A stretch of 64,000 nt of DNA from Octopus sinensis (taxonomy: Eukaryota), in assembly GCF_006345805.1 (NCBI RefSeq), contig NC_043003.1, forward strand, positions 51,026,001 to 51,090,000. Direction: 5' to 3'. The position numbers and the translations under genes are program-made. Positions 40,461-54,836 of the stretch are shown piece by piece. The notes under the pieces are model-generated. The model searched no databases and was not told the DNA's origin. It worked only from the letters and a program-made list of their open reading frames with translations. Within the stretch, counting starts at the first letter, position 1; each line of letters begins with the position of its first letter.

Positions 40461-41520
40461 GGAATTTGAACTCTGAACGTAAAGACAGACGAAACGCTGC
40501 TAAACATTTTGTCCGGCGTGCTAACGATTCTGCCAACTAACCGCATTAATAATGATAATCCTTTCTACTTTCGGCCTGAAAATTTTGGGGGAGGGGTAAT
40601 CGATTACATCGACCCCAGTACTCAAATGGTACTTATTTTTCGAATCTGAAATGATGAAAGCCAAGGTCAAACTCGATAGAATTTGAACTTATAACAATTC
40701 TGCTAGCTCGCCGCCTCAATATTAATAATAATAATCCTTTCTACTAAAGGCACAAGGCCTGAAATTTGGGGGAGCACTAGAGCAGCAATTTTGAGCTGAG
40801 CTGACGGGTTTAGTAGATTCCAACTGCTACTTTATTTTATTGACTCTGGAGACATGAAAAGGCAAAACTGATTTTGATGGTATTTGAATTCAAATTATCC
40901 CAGGTGCATACTATCCAAAGTCTTTTAAACACTAATGCGGAACGTGAAGGAGATGTATTTGGTAGTAAATAGAGCGACTATATAAGGCAAGAAGACGTAG
41001 ATGTTTGATAGTAAAAACACAGCTGGATAATACTCCCACTCCGCCATTGCGTCACGTATATATATTGTAAAGTACAACAGTTTGTACAGATAACATTCTA
41101 AAAGATCCAAGTCACAACAACTTCATGAATTTGAACGCGGCTATTATTTTCCTTCAGTTATGTCCTCAGAATCGTTAGAAGAAAAAACAACCTAGTTTTG
41201 TGGAGGATTATTTCCGCCTCTCACCAGTTCTGTTTCCTTCACAGCTGAATATTTGCCATTAGATAGAAATCATGATATAGTCTATAACAGTTTGTTTGCG
41301 AATATTGGTTTGAAATTTTCAAATTTTACAAGCTCAGCAATTTTGGGGGAGGATAAATCGATTATATTGACCCCAGTGCTCAGCTGGTACTTATTTCATC
41401 GAACCCGAAAGGGTAAAAAGCAAAGTCGACCTCGGTGGAATTTGAACTCGGAATCTAAAGACGGACGAAATGCCGCTAAGCATTTCTCCCGACGTGTTAA
41501 CGCTTCTGCCAGCTCACTGT
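40460..41520 (-). mobile_element. Cluster of partial SINE family C copies
   Basis: GGAATTTGAACTC, TCTGCCAGCTC and ATCGACCCCAGT blocks at ~40460-40545, 40560-40720 and 41340-41520. Confidence 0.75.
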
Positions 41521-41934
41521 CTTACTCTGTTTTCGAATATTACTAGTGCAAAACAACGCTTCACACACACACACTAAAGATTTCTGAAGTTGGGATCCTA
41601 ATCCCGAAATATTGAAACACAAGGTCCAAGTAAAAGACATCGATTTGTATTAGTTCTCATAATTTGTATCGTTTTGGCTTATAAATACATTAAAAAACAT
41701 TTTTATATTTCAGACAATTCTTCGTACAAATTAGTATCTATCTATTTAGCCCTTAGGAAATAAGGCAGATGGCATTTGAATTCAGAGCGTAAAGCGGAGA
41801 GATGAATACTGTACTTATTTCCATACTCTAAGTGAGTTAGCGAACTAGTTGCAAGAAAACATGCCCAGTGTTGATAATTATATAGCGCACTGTATAGTCT
41901 TGTCTTTATCCATTTCCTTCAATGACTGCTATAT

Positions 41935-42315
41935 GCATGGTCATTTGATCAAGAGGCTTGCTTTGCAACCACGAAGTTTCGGGTTTAGTCCGACTGTGAG
42001 ACACCTTAGGCAAGTACCTTCTACTACAGCCCCAGGCCAATCAGTACCTTGTGAGCGAATTTAGTAGACGGAAACTGTATGGAAGCCTGTTATATATACG
42101 AGTGTGTACGTTTGTCCTGTCCACCGCTTGATAACCGGTATTGGTTTGTTTACATTTCCGTAACTTAGTGTTCGATAAAAGAGACGATAGAATAAGAACT
42201 AGACTTTTAAAAAATAAGTACCGGGGTCGGTTTGCTCGACATAATCATTCAAGATGGTACCCCAGCATGGCCACAGTCAAATTACTGAAGCATTAAACGA
42301 TAAAAGAGACAAGAT
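41935..42315 (+). mobile_element. SINE family A
   Basis: ACCTTAGGCAAG, TAGACGGAAACTG, CCCAGCATGGCCACAGTCAA and a TAAAAGAG tail. Confidence 0.82.
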
Positions 42316-42341
42316 AAATAAAATGCTCAAAATTGTTCTAC

Positions 42342-42410
42342 CTTGTAAACATCGAAATTTTCAAGCACGGAATCGAATGCGCTGTACAAATCATTCAAAA
42401 GAGTCGTAAT
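42342..42410 (-). CDS. Internal coding exon (69 bp, phase 0-0) of the same guanylate cyclase
   Basis: Encodes ITTLLNDLYSAFDSVLENFDVYK. Acceptor TCTTTTCCAG, donor GTAGAA. Joins in frame to VETIGD, giving the canonical [12 protein letters not shown] motif. Absent from the ORF track. Confidence 0.95.
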
Positions 42411-43260
42411 CTGGAAAAGACCAATATATGTAGTTAATAACACAAAATATTCTTCCATGTTTTCTGATTGCAAATAAGATATGTTTCTTTATTATCCACA
42501 CAGGGCTGCACACAGACAGAACAAATTACAAGGTAGAGCTTTTCTTTTGGGGGTAAAAAAAAAGGGGGTTGGTTTTCGATCAAAAGGGATCGTAAAAGGA
42601 AAGAAAGAGGACAAAAAAAGGGGAGGATTTTTTTTAAAAAGGGGGGAGAGGGGAAGAAAAACAAGCAAAGCACATTAAACATAAAAACATTTTTCTGTAG
42701 TCTCAGGTTTAGATCTACAGTAAAATTTATCATCTACAATGTTAAATATTTGTAATGTGTTGAACGCAGTAGAACAAAGGGACGATGATACAGTTCTGAT
42801 TTCTCGTTAAGCCTAATCCAATTCTGTTGAGAAAAGGCAAAGACGAACTCGACAGAATTTGAACTCATAACAATTCTGCCAGCTCGCCGCCTTAATATTA
42901 ATAATAAGAATCCTTTCTACTAAAGGCACAAGGCCTGAGATTTGGGGGAGCACTAGAGCAGCAATTTTGAGCTGACGGGTTTAGTAGATTCCAACAGCTA
43001 CTTTATTTTATCGACTCTGGAGACATGTAAAGGCAAAACTGATTTTGGTGGTATTTGAATTCAAATCATCCCAGCCATTCCCAACTCCTCACGCAGTGGC
43101 GCATACTATCCAAAGTCTTTTAAACACTAATGCGGAACGTGAAGGAGATGTAGTTGGTAGTAAAGCGACTACACCCACTTCTTGAAAATATACTTTTGGA
43201 GTTATTGAAAAGAAGTCTCTCTTTCTCTCAAAATGTGTGTCTGTGTGTATATGTATATAT

Positions 43261-43458
43261 AAAATTTTTGAAAAAACGAAGAACACAAAATACAATAACA
43301 AAAGGACGTGGTACTGTAAAGTATTAGCAGACCCTCAGGGAAGGAAAGAAAGATGGTTTAACGTTTCGAGCACAGCTCTTCTTCAGAAACGGAGGAAAAA
43401 CCAATAGAAAAGGAAGACGGAGAGAAAAAAATCGCCAACGACTCACTTGGGGTTACAT
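43261..43458 (-). mobile_element. Solo Penelope-like pseudo-LTR with minimal hammerhead (43361-43386)
   Basis: CUGAAGA-A-GAGC-UGU-GCUC-GAAACGUU. The unit is homologous to 56869-57079 and 21503-21688 and has TA-rich flanks. Confidence 0.7.
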
Positions 43459-43671
43459 ATAATACATATATATATATATGTTCAAACGTAATATATAATA
43501 TATAATGTATTACGTAATTAAAACGTAATACACTGTATATTTAAACCTAATCCCTTTTCTCCTTCACGCCTTATCTGCTCCTCCACTTATAAAGATTTAG
43601 CAACGTACTGCAAAACAAATATCATATTTTTTTTTTGCTGATTCTTTCTAATTTTTAAACGTAATACATTG

Positions 43672-44065
43672 CTCTTTTACTTGTGTCAGTCAGTTGACTG
43701 TGGCCATGCTGGAGCACCACCTTTAGTCGAGCAAATCGACCTCAGAACTTATTCTTTGTAAGCCTAGTACTTACTCTATCGGTCTGTTTTGCCGAACCGC
43801 TAAGTGACGGTGACATAAACACACCAGCATCGGTTGTCAAGCAATGCTAGGGGGACAAACACAGACACACAAACATGCACACATATATATACATATATAC
43901 GACGGGCTTATTTGAGTTTCCGTCTACCAAATCCACTCACAAGGCTTTGGTCGGCCCGAGGCTATAGTAGAAGACACTTGCCCAAGGTGCCACGCAGTGG
44001 AACTGAACCCGGAACCATGTGGTTGGTAAGCAAGCTACCTACCACACAGCCACTCCTCCTGCGCC
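43672..44065 (-). mobile_element. SINE family A, full length
   Basis: GGCGCAGGAG...TGGCTGTGTGGT head, GGCACCTTGGGCAAG (CORE-like), internal microsatellite, GTAAAAGAG tail. Confidence 0.92.
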
Positions 44066-45190
44066 ATTATATATTTACTCTGATCACTTTTACCCTCGGT
44101 CTCCTTCATAGGGTTGTTATATATGTACCACTAGCAAAAATTTATTTTCAATCTATACACCTTATTTATTCTTTCATTCATTCATCGTTTCTATAGTTGG
44201 TTTCTCTATATATTCTCTATTTTCTCTATTTTTTTTATATATCTTCAATTCACCTAAGCCATATTCGTTCAAAACTAACATGGTTTATAAATTTCTTGAC
44301 CACTTTTCAATTAAATCCTAAATTCTTAGTTTTCGCTTTAACTCTTTAGGGCACATCCACCCCTATTAGATTTCCCCGTCTTTTTAATTTTTTGCATCTC
44401 TTTTCCCCTGCTTATATACTCTAAGGTAACAGAATAGGTCTATTAGCTAGCAGCTGATTTATGCCATCCTACTACAAACCACATTATTTCCTCACCACGC
44501 ACATCAAGAGAATCCTCATTATTAATTTTATTCGATGTTATTAATTTAATCGTATTTTTCCTTTCGTCTACTTAAACGTTGTCGCTGGTGAATGGTGTCT
44601 AGTGGTCAAATAAATTTTCACCCACCAAACGAAATTTAGTACCGGGGTGCAATGCTGTACTAACTGACCACTATGAAAATCTTTAGTCCAGATAAAGTGG
44701 TTTGCTATATATGCCCTTCCTCATTAATTGATATCCTTAGCTTCTTCTTCTTCTTCTTCTCATTCTTCCCCTTCTCCTTCTCCTTCTCCGTCTTATTCTC
44801 CTTTTCTTCTCCTTCCTCTTCTTCGCTCCCCGCCTTCTTCTTCTTTCTTTCTTCTTCTTACTTCTTCCTTTTTCCCTTCTTTATTCTTCTTCGTATTCTT
44901 CATCTAAATCCTCCCCTCGTGATTTCTACGCTATTTCCTCGTCCCTTAACCGCACTTTTATTTCCTTTTTGTTTCCTCTTGATATAAGCCAAAAAACAAT
45001 GTCTGGAAGACGCGCAATGTGATAGCGCACCTTTGATACAAACCTGATGAAGTGCCACTCAAATATCTAAAACCGCTAACATTACGTAAGTTTTCACTTC
45101 GAATTTTTGTGTAAATTTGCGTCGCAAGCAGAGTTGGCACAGATGTAACTAATCACTAAGGATGTGCTAAAGTATTTCTTTGTCTTTGGA

Positions 45191-45279
<89 letters not shown>

Positions 45280-45385
45280 GAATTTAGGTTAGTTGAAATA
45301 TATTTGTGACGACAAATACACTGCAGTTACTTTGGAGAATATATCTCTCTTAAGGTAAAGCGGTGGTGTCGCCATCTATTAAGAA

Positions 45386-45430
45386 TCTCAGACATCGATG
45401 TTTCAAGCTTCTTGCCCCTTGTCCATGAGA
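45386..45430 (-). ncRNA. Degenerate hammerhead motif
   Basis: UCUCA-UGGACAA-GGGGC-AAGAA-GCUU-GAAAC-AUCGAU-GUC-UGAGA. Stem I and palindromic stem III are perfect, but the core is altered. Confidence 0.5.
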
Positions 45431-45772
45431 TGTACCTAAGAGAGGCAACTCTGAACGAACTTATAAAGCCATAGCTTTATGCATAATTCAGTCAACAACC
45501 TAGATCGCCCGATCGAGGAAAATAACAAAATGTTAGCGCTAAGAAGTGTTTACCATGGTAACTGCAATGTATTTGCCTTTTAGCAGTTGAAATATATCAC
45601 AAACCACTTTAGATTTCATCATTCAAAATTTCATCCTTGGAGAAAATTTTCAGACGAAGGTAGAACATTCAGAAATATTCAGATTATATCTCAGTTATCG
45701 GTTTCTTTTCTGTGTGTCTGTGCAGCTTGTTGGTAGAAATACATGCTCAACCATACATACACATACACACAC

Positions 45773-45815
<43 letters not shown>

Positions 45816-48800
45816 GATATTCATACATATATATATTTATGAAACTCAGAGATGGAAAGAGAAAGAGCTGATTTTTAGAGCAATCTTAAGTTGATCGCTT
45901 TCCCTCGAAAATTGCTTCAGAGAAAGGAATTGCAGTTATGTCGTGTGCAATTTCTAAGTTGTACCGTTGTAAGGAAAAGCTATTTAATTCTTGCCATTTC
46001 TGATTATGCGTCTATATACGTGCTCCTGCGTACAGGTCGTGACCTTACCTTAGTAACGTACATTCACGACTGCTGTCATGCATATATGCTGAAGAATCAC
46101 ATTTTTTTCGATTAGAATGATGTTGCATTGTTAGCGGTTAGTCTATTGGCTGTTCATTGGTTGTAATATGTGCTTCAGGAGCGGAGTGAAATGATTGGAT
46201 GCAGTTGTTTGGGTGAATGGCGACAGTACACTTTTTTTAACGTTTGAGACAAACGCACGTACGCGCAAGAATATAGATATCCAGGTAGAGTGAGCGAGTT
46301 AGAGAGGGAGAAAGAGAGAGAGAGAGACATTACAATTTATGAATTGAACATGCTTGACAAACATTTTCTCTCTGGAGAAATATGTTTCACTCACATAAAC
46401 GAAAAAAGAGAGGGGGAGAGGAGGGGAAACGAGAGAATAATTAGAAAGTCTGATGTCAAATATGTCGGTGTCGACTCAGTGACGTCAAATCTACTGAGGC
46501 CAAAAGCGCCTCTTATCCGCCTCTTATCCCTCGGAAGATATTTGATTGATATTTCTAGCAGGTCGAAGCAACGATGTTGTGAGACGATTGTGAGATCATA
46601 TTCTAATTTGTGAGTTTACTGAAGAGTTAAAGCAGTGGATTGAATCATGATAGTAGTCGGGTTCATCTGTTCCTCAAAGTCAGTTTTAACTACATATAAA
46701 GGTTTGACGTTATTTGTTCTATCATTCAAGGGCCAATAAAATATGTTTCAAGAATATGCATTGCGGTAATGTTTCATTTCCATGGATACGTTCGGTAAAC
46801 AAACTTGGCCTTCTTGTTAAAAAGAGGCAAGACACAAAGTCTATAAAACAGTCGTTTAGAATCAATTCATCCGACGAGGGCTGAATTTACAATAACAATT
46901 GGTGTCTTTTCTTTTTTTTTAAGCGGCACAGAAGCCTTCATATTTTAGATTCAGAGGAATGGGATATAATTAATTACATAACTTTTTCAGGAGCATAGAA
47001 TGCTCTAAGAGTAGTCATTTGACTTCAGTCTGGAATCTGAAATGCGTTGCAGATTTGCTTCTTCGAGAGATTTTATTTTGCGCTAGTCACAAACCACAGA
47101 TTTAATTAAGTTAAAATAATTTTTCATTTCTTAGCAACAGGGCACATTCTTGTAAGACGGAGAGATTAGTATATAAGCCTTCAGTGCATTGCTTCAGTCT
47201 ACGGAGAAATAAAATGTTAAAATAAATTTCCGGTGTGACCAGAACTCAGTAACATGCAGACTCGAGCTATTTATCGGTTCGTATTTGAATATGGACCCCC
47301 TCTAGTCATACTTCCCAGTAGACTATCAGCAACGCAAGCGAAGTTAATTTACACTAGCTGAGCATCAATTTGTTGTTGTTCAACTCAAAGTCAATATTGA
47401 TCGAACAGACTTTTAATCAAAGACATTCCAGACATGAACATCCTGTCTTTATAGGGATATGTCGGAGTGTATATTCTAATGTATTCTGTCCTTATTTAGA
47501 CGGTAGGATGTGATTTGAAGGAAACGTGACTGCTATTTCTAGTATGTCGAGGATTACGAAGAGGCTCTGCTTCGAATTCTTGTGTAATAGAATCTCAAAC
47601 ACGACAGGACGCCGGACTAAATGCCTCGCTCTTATCTAGTTTCATTCCCCCACTTTTTTTTAGTCTAAATACCTCAATGATCCATTTCAGCCTTTCATTC
47701 TTTCGGTGTCGATTAAATAAATACCATACTTATACTCGAGTTGATTAAATTAGCTCTGCCACTTCCCGTCACCCTCGTAAATGTGTGATATCATGAAAAT
47801 GTAAGAAATCAGATTTAACCTTGAACTAGTAAGTCGGTATTGACTTGAAGGCATCTAATTCAGTCGCATTTACAAATTGAAGTCTGGCCGGCTTAAGGTA
47901 AACAGAAGCCAGTTTCTTTTCCTCAGTTCGAGCTTATTAATTATACAATCTTGCCAATTTCACCAACAGTTCTTGTGTTTATTAACCCTTTGGCTGTCCA
48001 AGGCATTTTCATAAGTCTGTCCTAAACGTCCATACTTGTTGTTAGACTTTTAGTTAGGCCTCGTTTCATACGTTCTGAGTAATATATAGCTTTCTTTCCC
48101 AAGTCCCAAGTTACTCTGATGGTTGAAACAAATTAGAAATGTGTATCATATATGACACGTGAACGCCAGGGAAATATGTCCACTGTGTTAAATGTGATAC
48201 ACAGGATGGGTAAAAGGATAAGTTCAGCATTTAGTCTAGCGTATCTATCTTTCAGTGGCAAGCTCCAAGAAAACAAACGTGTACCGCAATGCCGGATTCA
48301 TTTCATGTTCCTTACTCATTATATCTACGGAAATATGAGAGATAGGCACCTGCAACCTTGTACTTGGCACACTAATAATTAAACTTTCTGCAAGCAAACA
48401 TTTGTGCCTCTACGTATTCATTCAAACTGTTAGAAATAACAACCTAGTCTCCTTTAAATTAGACCCTGCAATTATAGTTTCAAAAAAGCGCACAAGTAAT
48501 TTAGTCCTAGATACCTCGAAAAAGACGGCTTGATCGTGATTGAAATGCTTTTGATCATAGTTCTGCTAGAAGTCTTGCTTTCATCATGAACAGCCAGTGT
48601 GCTGTAGCCAGCGAGGGCTACTGACCGCTTGCATTTGCAAAATATGGAGCTAATATTCCGTGAGGCACCACACTACAGCAGCGCAACTTTCAGCTAAGTA
48701 GACTCTGAGCAGCACGAAATGAAATGGCTTGATCAACAATGCAACACGCCGTCCAATCCAACAATCAAACCCGTGACCTTATGATCATAAATCTAACGGG

Positions 48801-50104
48801 TTAATTCATAGGCCACAAGCCGCCCGATCCGGAAATTATACACACGACCTTGAGATCGTGAGTGCAGCAGCCTTCACATGTCCTGATTTACCTGACATGT
48901 GAAGTAAAAACAAGTAATCCATTAGGAATGCTCTAACAACCAGTCAACATCACCACGTAAACATAGTTCTTTTCTTCGTGGTACACCAACATATCTCATT
49001 ACATGGCAGATGCTTCTATCCTATCGTCACTGTACATCCCGTTATGTGTATTATCACCTCCAGACATATCTGCAACAGACCAGAACGTTATACAACCTCA
49101 TCTGAAGACAATCTCTCCAAGTTCACTCAAACAAACGCATTCAAAATCAACAGCAGCTTTATAAGCGTCGTATATTACTACACATGCTATTAGACCTTCT
49201 CAGTTAAATGGTAAGATTGGCACCACACATGGTGCCAATCAATGAATCGAAGCAACGGTTGTCGGTATCGTATCAAGTTAATCTCGTCCACCACTCAAAA
49301 ATGCAAGAAATTTACGTGGTCGCGCGACCTGCTAGAACTACCGAAATCTCCCCAAACTCATATTCTACTGCTTTTAAAAAGGAAAGGAACACGTTGTATA
49401 ATGTAGAACGGAATACATTTTGACTGAAAAATAAATAATGCAGGATAGTCATGGATAGAATGCCTATAGGCAGATGTCAACAACAACAATAGCAAAATGA
49501 ACTGTGAAGAAAGTAAAATATGCCCAGACTTAAATGAGTTAACCTAAGAATGTGATGTATTGTTCTCAACCAGACGGATTACTAGACCTATTGATCTGTG
49601 GATCGCATTTAGTCATTTCAACTACGTTTGCTAGGTTCGCTAGTGCCATAGGTTCGCTCGATTATTAACCTGGGCCTACACTACAAAAACGACCTCAGTA
49701 TGTTGTTGTTGGTGGTGGTGTTATTTTCTCTTTCTATTCCTGCTATTGTATTTACTTTCGTCAGTTTCTCGGTTCAGAGTTTAAAATCCCGTTGGAGTCA
49801 ACATTGCTTTTCATCTCTCTAGGATCGCACAAGCATGTACCAGGATGGTACTCATAATTAGATCAGTTGTAACACTCTGCTACAAAAATTAGTCTTGCAT
49901 CTAAGAAGGAAATCAATAATTTTGATTGGTTGTTTTACAATTAAAATTAACTCTCTATAGCCAAAATTATTCATACAAATATTTACTTAACCTAACTTCC
50001 GTTTGTTTCGTGAGTCATGAGGAGAGATACGAGTAGTTTTGATAATCGTTTTTGTTATTGTTGTTATTTTATTTCGTTTGTTTTGTTTTTTGTTGAATCA
50101 GGCC

Positions 50105-50460
50105 ATCGCTTGTTTCCTCGCAGTAGTTTCCGTTTATTAAAATTTATTGTAATGAGAAATCTAATCAAATATCTCACACAATGGAGCCAGTGTGTAATCA
50201 ATCGTATATGTTCATTAGCGGTTATCAGAACAGAAATATAATAATTTCTGTAGAGGAATGCTATAATTTCATTTATAATTACCGATAATAATTTGGAGAA
50301 TTTGTGCATGGCACATTCAAACAAAAATGCTTACGCAGGACATTCGTTTGTATAGCGACGATAGTGAGGTAGAGCTGTGAATAGTCGATAGGAAAAACGT
50401 AATAACCAGCTAGGAAGTCACAGATTCGAAGCTTATCACCGGTGATTGGTCGTGTGTCTC
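50105..50460. repeat. Dispersed direct repeat, copy 1 (copy 2 at 53540-53890)
   Basis: Both copies share CTTGTTTCCTCGCAG...AGAAATCTAATCAAATATCTC...CTATAATTTCATTTAT. Confidence 0.85.
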
Positions 50461-51114
50461 ACCAACGCAGTTAGTTCTCCACTTGGTTCTATACAGATAC
50501 AGTAGGGCGGTATTATTTACTACCACAAGGAGTGGAAAATGGATGAGCATTTAGTTGGCTTGCAATAGCAAATTCAGTTCTATGTGTGAGGAATGATACC
50601 TTCAGTAGACAAGCGTCCTAGTACAGGGATGTTTATTTGTCATCCATTTAAACTAAGAAATCTGTGGTTGAGCAACAGACTGAGTGATCATCATTCAAGC
50701 TCTGATTAATGATGATTAATCAAAAATGATTAATTTTCAACTTGTGCAAACAATATAATGGGAAAACATTCAAACTGAGTCTGATAAAATTTCGATTCCC
50801 ATTTTATTTATCCCACGTCACTTCGTGTACTGACATTTCGATACAATAATCACCAATCTAGATGATTTCAGAAGATAATCAATAACCTAAAGAGGGAGGT
50901 TCTGAGTTGTCCTTTAAACAATACATGAGGATAAGTCTCTTTGTTAGAAACACAGGTATATGGGGCTCTTTGGTTAAGGGATAGATAAAGAGGTAGATTT
51001 GCCCGAAATTTTTCGCAGATAAAAGCATTAGTTTCTAAAAGAAATCTGTTTATCAATTGATGATACACAGCTTAAATCACACAATACTCCATTTAAAAAG
51101 AGTATGTATATATG

Positions 51115-51335
51115 TATGTGTGTGTATATGTTTGTCCCCACAACATCGCTTGACAACCGATACTGGTATGTTTTCGTCCCCGTAACTTAGCGGTTCGGCA
51201 AAAGTGGCCGATAGAATAAGTACTAGGCTTCCAAAGAATAAGTCCTGGGGTCGATTTGCTCGACTAAAAGGCAGTGCTCCAGCATGTCCGCAGTCAAATG
51301 ACTGAAACAAGTAAAAGAGTAAAAGAGATAAAAGA
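51115..51335 (+). mobile_element. SINE family A, 3' half
   Basis: CAACATCGCTTGACAACCG...GTAACTTAGCGGTTCGGC...GTAAAAGAGTAAAAGAG. Confidence 0.88.
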
Positions 51336-53539
51336 GAAGACATGTTACCTCAATATTTAGTATTGCCACACTGGTTAGTCATGTTTGACCGATTGACTCC
51401 TCAGATATGACGTCACTCGTCTGCGGTCGTTGAAGGAGCGTTCTGCAAAGCACTATGTAGCAGGAATGGATGACAAGATTCCAGCGATTTTGTTACAAGA
51501 CGAGCAATACACCCTGAAGAACGTTCTTGTAAACAGTTTCAACGACACCAGTTGCCGGTACCTAAGAACCTGATGGAGGTTTTAGTCCCTATAAATTTTG
51601 TGTAGATTGTTGTTTCTGTCGTTAATAGATCCAGATCAAAACAATGTCATGTAACAAATCAATAGAATTCATCTGATGCACAAGGATCGATAATAATGCA
51701 ACTGAGTGCACAAATATGCCATGATCACTACCATTAAACCGTGATTCTATTTCCAAAGATAAACTTTCTTTACAGAAATAACAGAGATATGTAATAACAG
51801 CCTTTGTTAGTTGTACTTTGTGGCACTTCCGTTGCTGATTCGCCAGCTATGGCTTCTCATAAACGAGACGCCCACCTTTTTCGCTTTTCGTTGAACACTT
51901 GCTTACTTAAACGAAAATCGTGTATCTTGGATGATTTCACTGAAAGTTTTATCTAACTTTTCAGTGCATTATCAAAACGCCTTTAACTAGGTAGAATCGT
52001 TACAGCATTATCTGTTGTAACACGTTCGATCTTTCACTGAAGTGTTTACTGAGTTTCTTTGTATTTTACAGTATTATTTTCTGCACAACTAATCCAGTTA
52101 AGAAGACAAAATTATATATAACATTCAATAATATATCCGTATAGATTATTTTGGAGTCTCGATTATTTGTCAAGTTAGGCAATACCTTTATGAAATGAGG
52201 TAATTATGCTGCAATAACTTCTACTTCTTCAAATTCCCAACACCACATGATACGCTTTGAGATTTGTTCTCTGCCTATAACAAAGGACAGAGATGGCAAG
52301 AGGAAAACATTTTATTCTTTTTACCAAACCTCTGTGAACACTGTTCGCCGAAACATTTTTCACTGATTTCAGCCGAAGATGTTACATATTATCGTATGAA
52401 AGAATCTCTAATTTGTCCTTCAGTAAAGAATATGGGGCAAAATAGTTCTTTCTTCAGACACTATTCCAGCAATTTTGAAAGGCTGAGATTAGTTATACCT
52501 GACAGATACTTTATCTTATCGACCCAGAAACGGTAAAAGTCAAAGTGACCTGAGCTCAGAACATAAAGAACCAGAACAAATACCGCAATGCATTTTGCCC
52601 GATGCTCTAACGATTTAACACATCCACTGACTTCAATCTAGGTCACAATACGGCTTTCTCCAATCTGTTGACACTTGATGTTCCATCAACATTAGGGGAT
52701 TATCCTCAACACTTATTCATATCGTTAGCTATGCTGCCTATAACCACCATGATACCAAGTATTTTGTTTTAGACATATTTGTAGCTAACTGATTTACTAA
52801 TTTTTTTGTTTGTTTTTCTTTGTCAAAGAAATATCTTTGTATCAAAGATGTAGAAGTTCCAAAACTTCACCTATGTTATGCAGTCCTTTGTATGGATTTG
52901 TTGAGCTTTGGGTGAGGGCAATGAACATAGTTTCCAATTACCCTTAGTTTCACGTTACTTGCTTCTTCTATACAGAATATATTACTGACCAAACACCAAA
53001 TACTTGTGTTTCTCGTTCGCTTGATAGTCTATCCACTTCATGATCTTTATAAGCCGGTTTGTCTTTTTCCAGTTGTTAAAAGTAGAATAAAAGTGTATGA
53101 ACCATTTAAATACGAAGTTTAACATTTGTCAATGTCATAGGAAAGCCAAGGATAAAGTTTAAATAATTCACTATTGAAATCTCACAAACTAAATACTAGG
53201 CTCCTTGCCAAGTTTCTTTTCTTTATTATGGTGTCAGCAATATCTTCATGCGAAGTCAACAGTGCCACAACAATTTTTTTATGGGTCACGTTCATTCAAT
53301 TGTTATTTTCAGATTCTTTATAGATTCGAGGTTTTTGCGATATTTTGATCGTGACTGTCAACAAAGCTGTTCTTAGCGATTGTCTGGGAAAAAATAATAG
53401 ATATGTCACTTATCATTATCACTCCCTTCTTTATACGAAAGATTTGGTGCGAATGATTTGTTTTAAAGCACAGAATCTCTGTTTCGATTTTTCGATATGA
53501 AGGGTTGCTAAGTGAATTTTTTTTTTCTGAACTAAACCA

Positions 53540-53890
53540 CCACTTGTTTCCTCGCAGCAGTTTCTGTTTATTAAAATTTATGCAATTAGAAATCTAATCA
53601 AATATCTCGCACACTGGAGCTAATGTGTAAATAATTGAAATTGTTCATTAGCAGTTATTGGAACAGAAGTAAAATAATTTTCTGTAGAGAGATTCTATAA
53701 TTTCATTTATGATCGCTGGTAATAATTTAGAGAACTCGTCCATGGTACGTACAACGCATGTGCAAATGTAAGACATACGTGCGTGCAGTGATGAGGGTTG
53801 ATTGGAGCTTGAATAGTAAATAGAAAAAGAATAATAACCAACTGATAGGTTACTGGTTCGTAGCTTCTCATCGGCAATTCGTTGTGTCTA
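53540..53890. repeat. Dispersed direct repeat, copy 2
   Basis: Homologous to 50105-50460. Confidence 0.85.
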
Positions 53891-54724
53891 CTCCTGATAA
53901 AAAAATTAATCGCGACAAACTTAAACAGTCGTTATCAAGAATTTGGTTTGGCAGATTTTTATCTGGTGGAAAAACTCTTCCGAAGCTTTCACGAGCTTAT
54001 AAGTCGATTTCTTTTGTTGCATTATAATTGCCTCAAAAATGCTAAAAGAAATTCTACATTCTTTTTAGGACACCATTTTATTGCAAGCAAAATCCCCAGA
54101 ATATCTAACGATTAGATAAACAATAGTTTTATAATTGCCATCCCTATGGAACAACGAAATACCTGCAGTGGTTTGACTCTAAGAATACTGATCTAACAGA
54201 TTAATATTTTTATTTTTTCATGCTTCTATTTCGATGCTTATTTTGTATATGTGAAGTGGCTAGCTGGCCTTACAATTACGTATTAAAACTTGGGCGAACC
54301 GAATATGCAACTTTGTAAACATTGATCTAAGGTCACAGATTTTAAAAGGAGATATATATTCGATTGAATCGTTTCCCACTAGATCACTGGCACATATGCT
54401 ATCGGTGGCTGAAAAGCAAAGTCGATTCCAGTAAGATTCGAACTCAAATACAAAAGAACAAAACTAGAGTATCGCTAGCCATTTCGTCTAACGTTAGACT
54501 TTTTTAGCAATGAATAAACATTTATAGGAAGGGTGTGGTATAATCGATTGAATCTTTTTACAGTTTATTAATGTTTGCTATTTTATCGATCCAGAAGGAT
54601 GAAATGCAAAATCGATCCAGATGAAAAAATGCAAAATCGATCCCAAGGCGATTTGAACTCGCAACATGAAGAATTATAACAGTCTCTAGAAACTTTTTGT
54701 TTTCACTGGCGCTCTATTTTTGCT

Positions 54725-54836
54725 GTTCACCACCCGTGACCATGCACATAATGATTTCTCAATAATAATTCAGTTTCATCCACTGAATTATTATTCAATA
54801 AAGAAATCATTACGTGCGAGGTCATGGGTGGTGAAC
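54725..54836. repeat. 112-bp imperfect palindrome (long hairpin)
   Basis: Paired arms GTTCACCACCC/GGGTGGTGAAC, TAATGATTTCT/AGAAATCATTA and AATAATAATTCAGT/ACTGAATTATTATT around a 7-nt loop. Confidence 0.9.
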
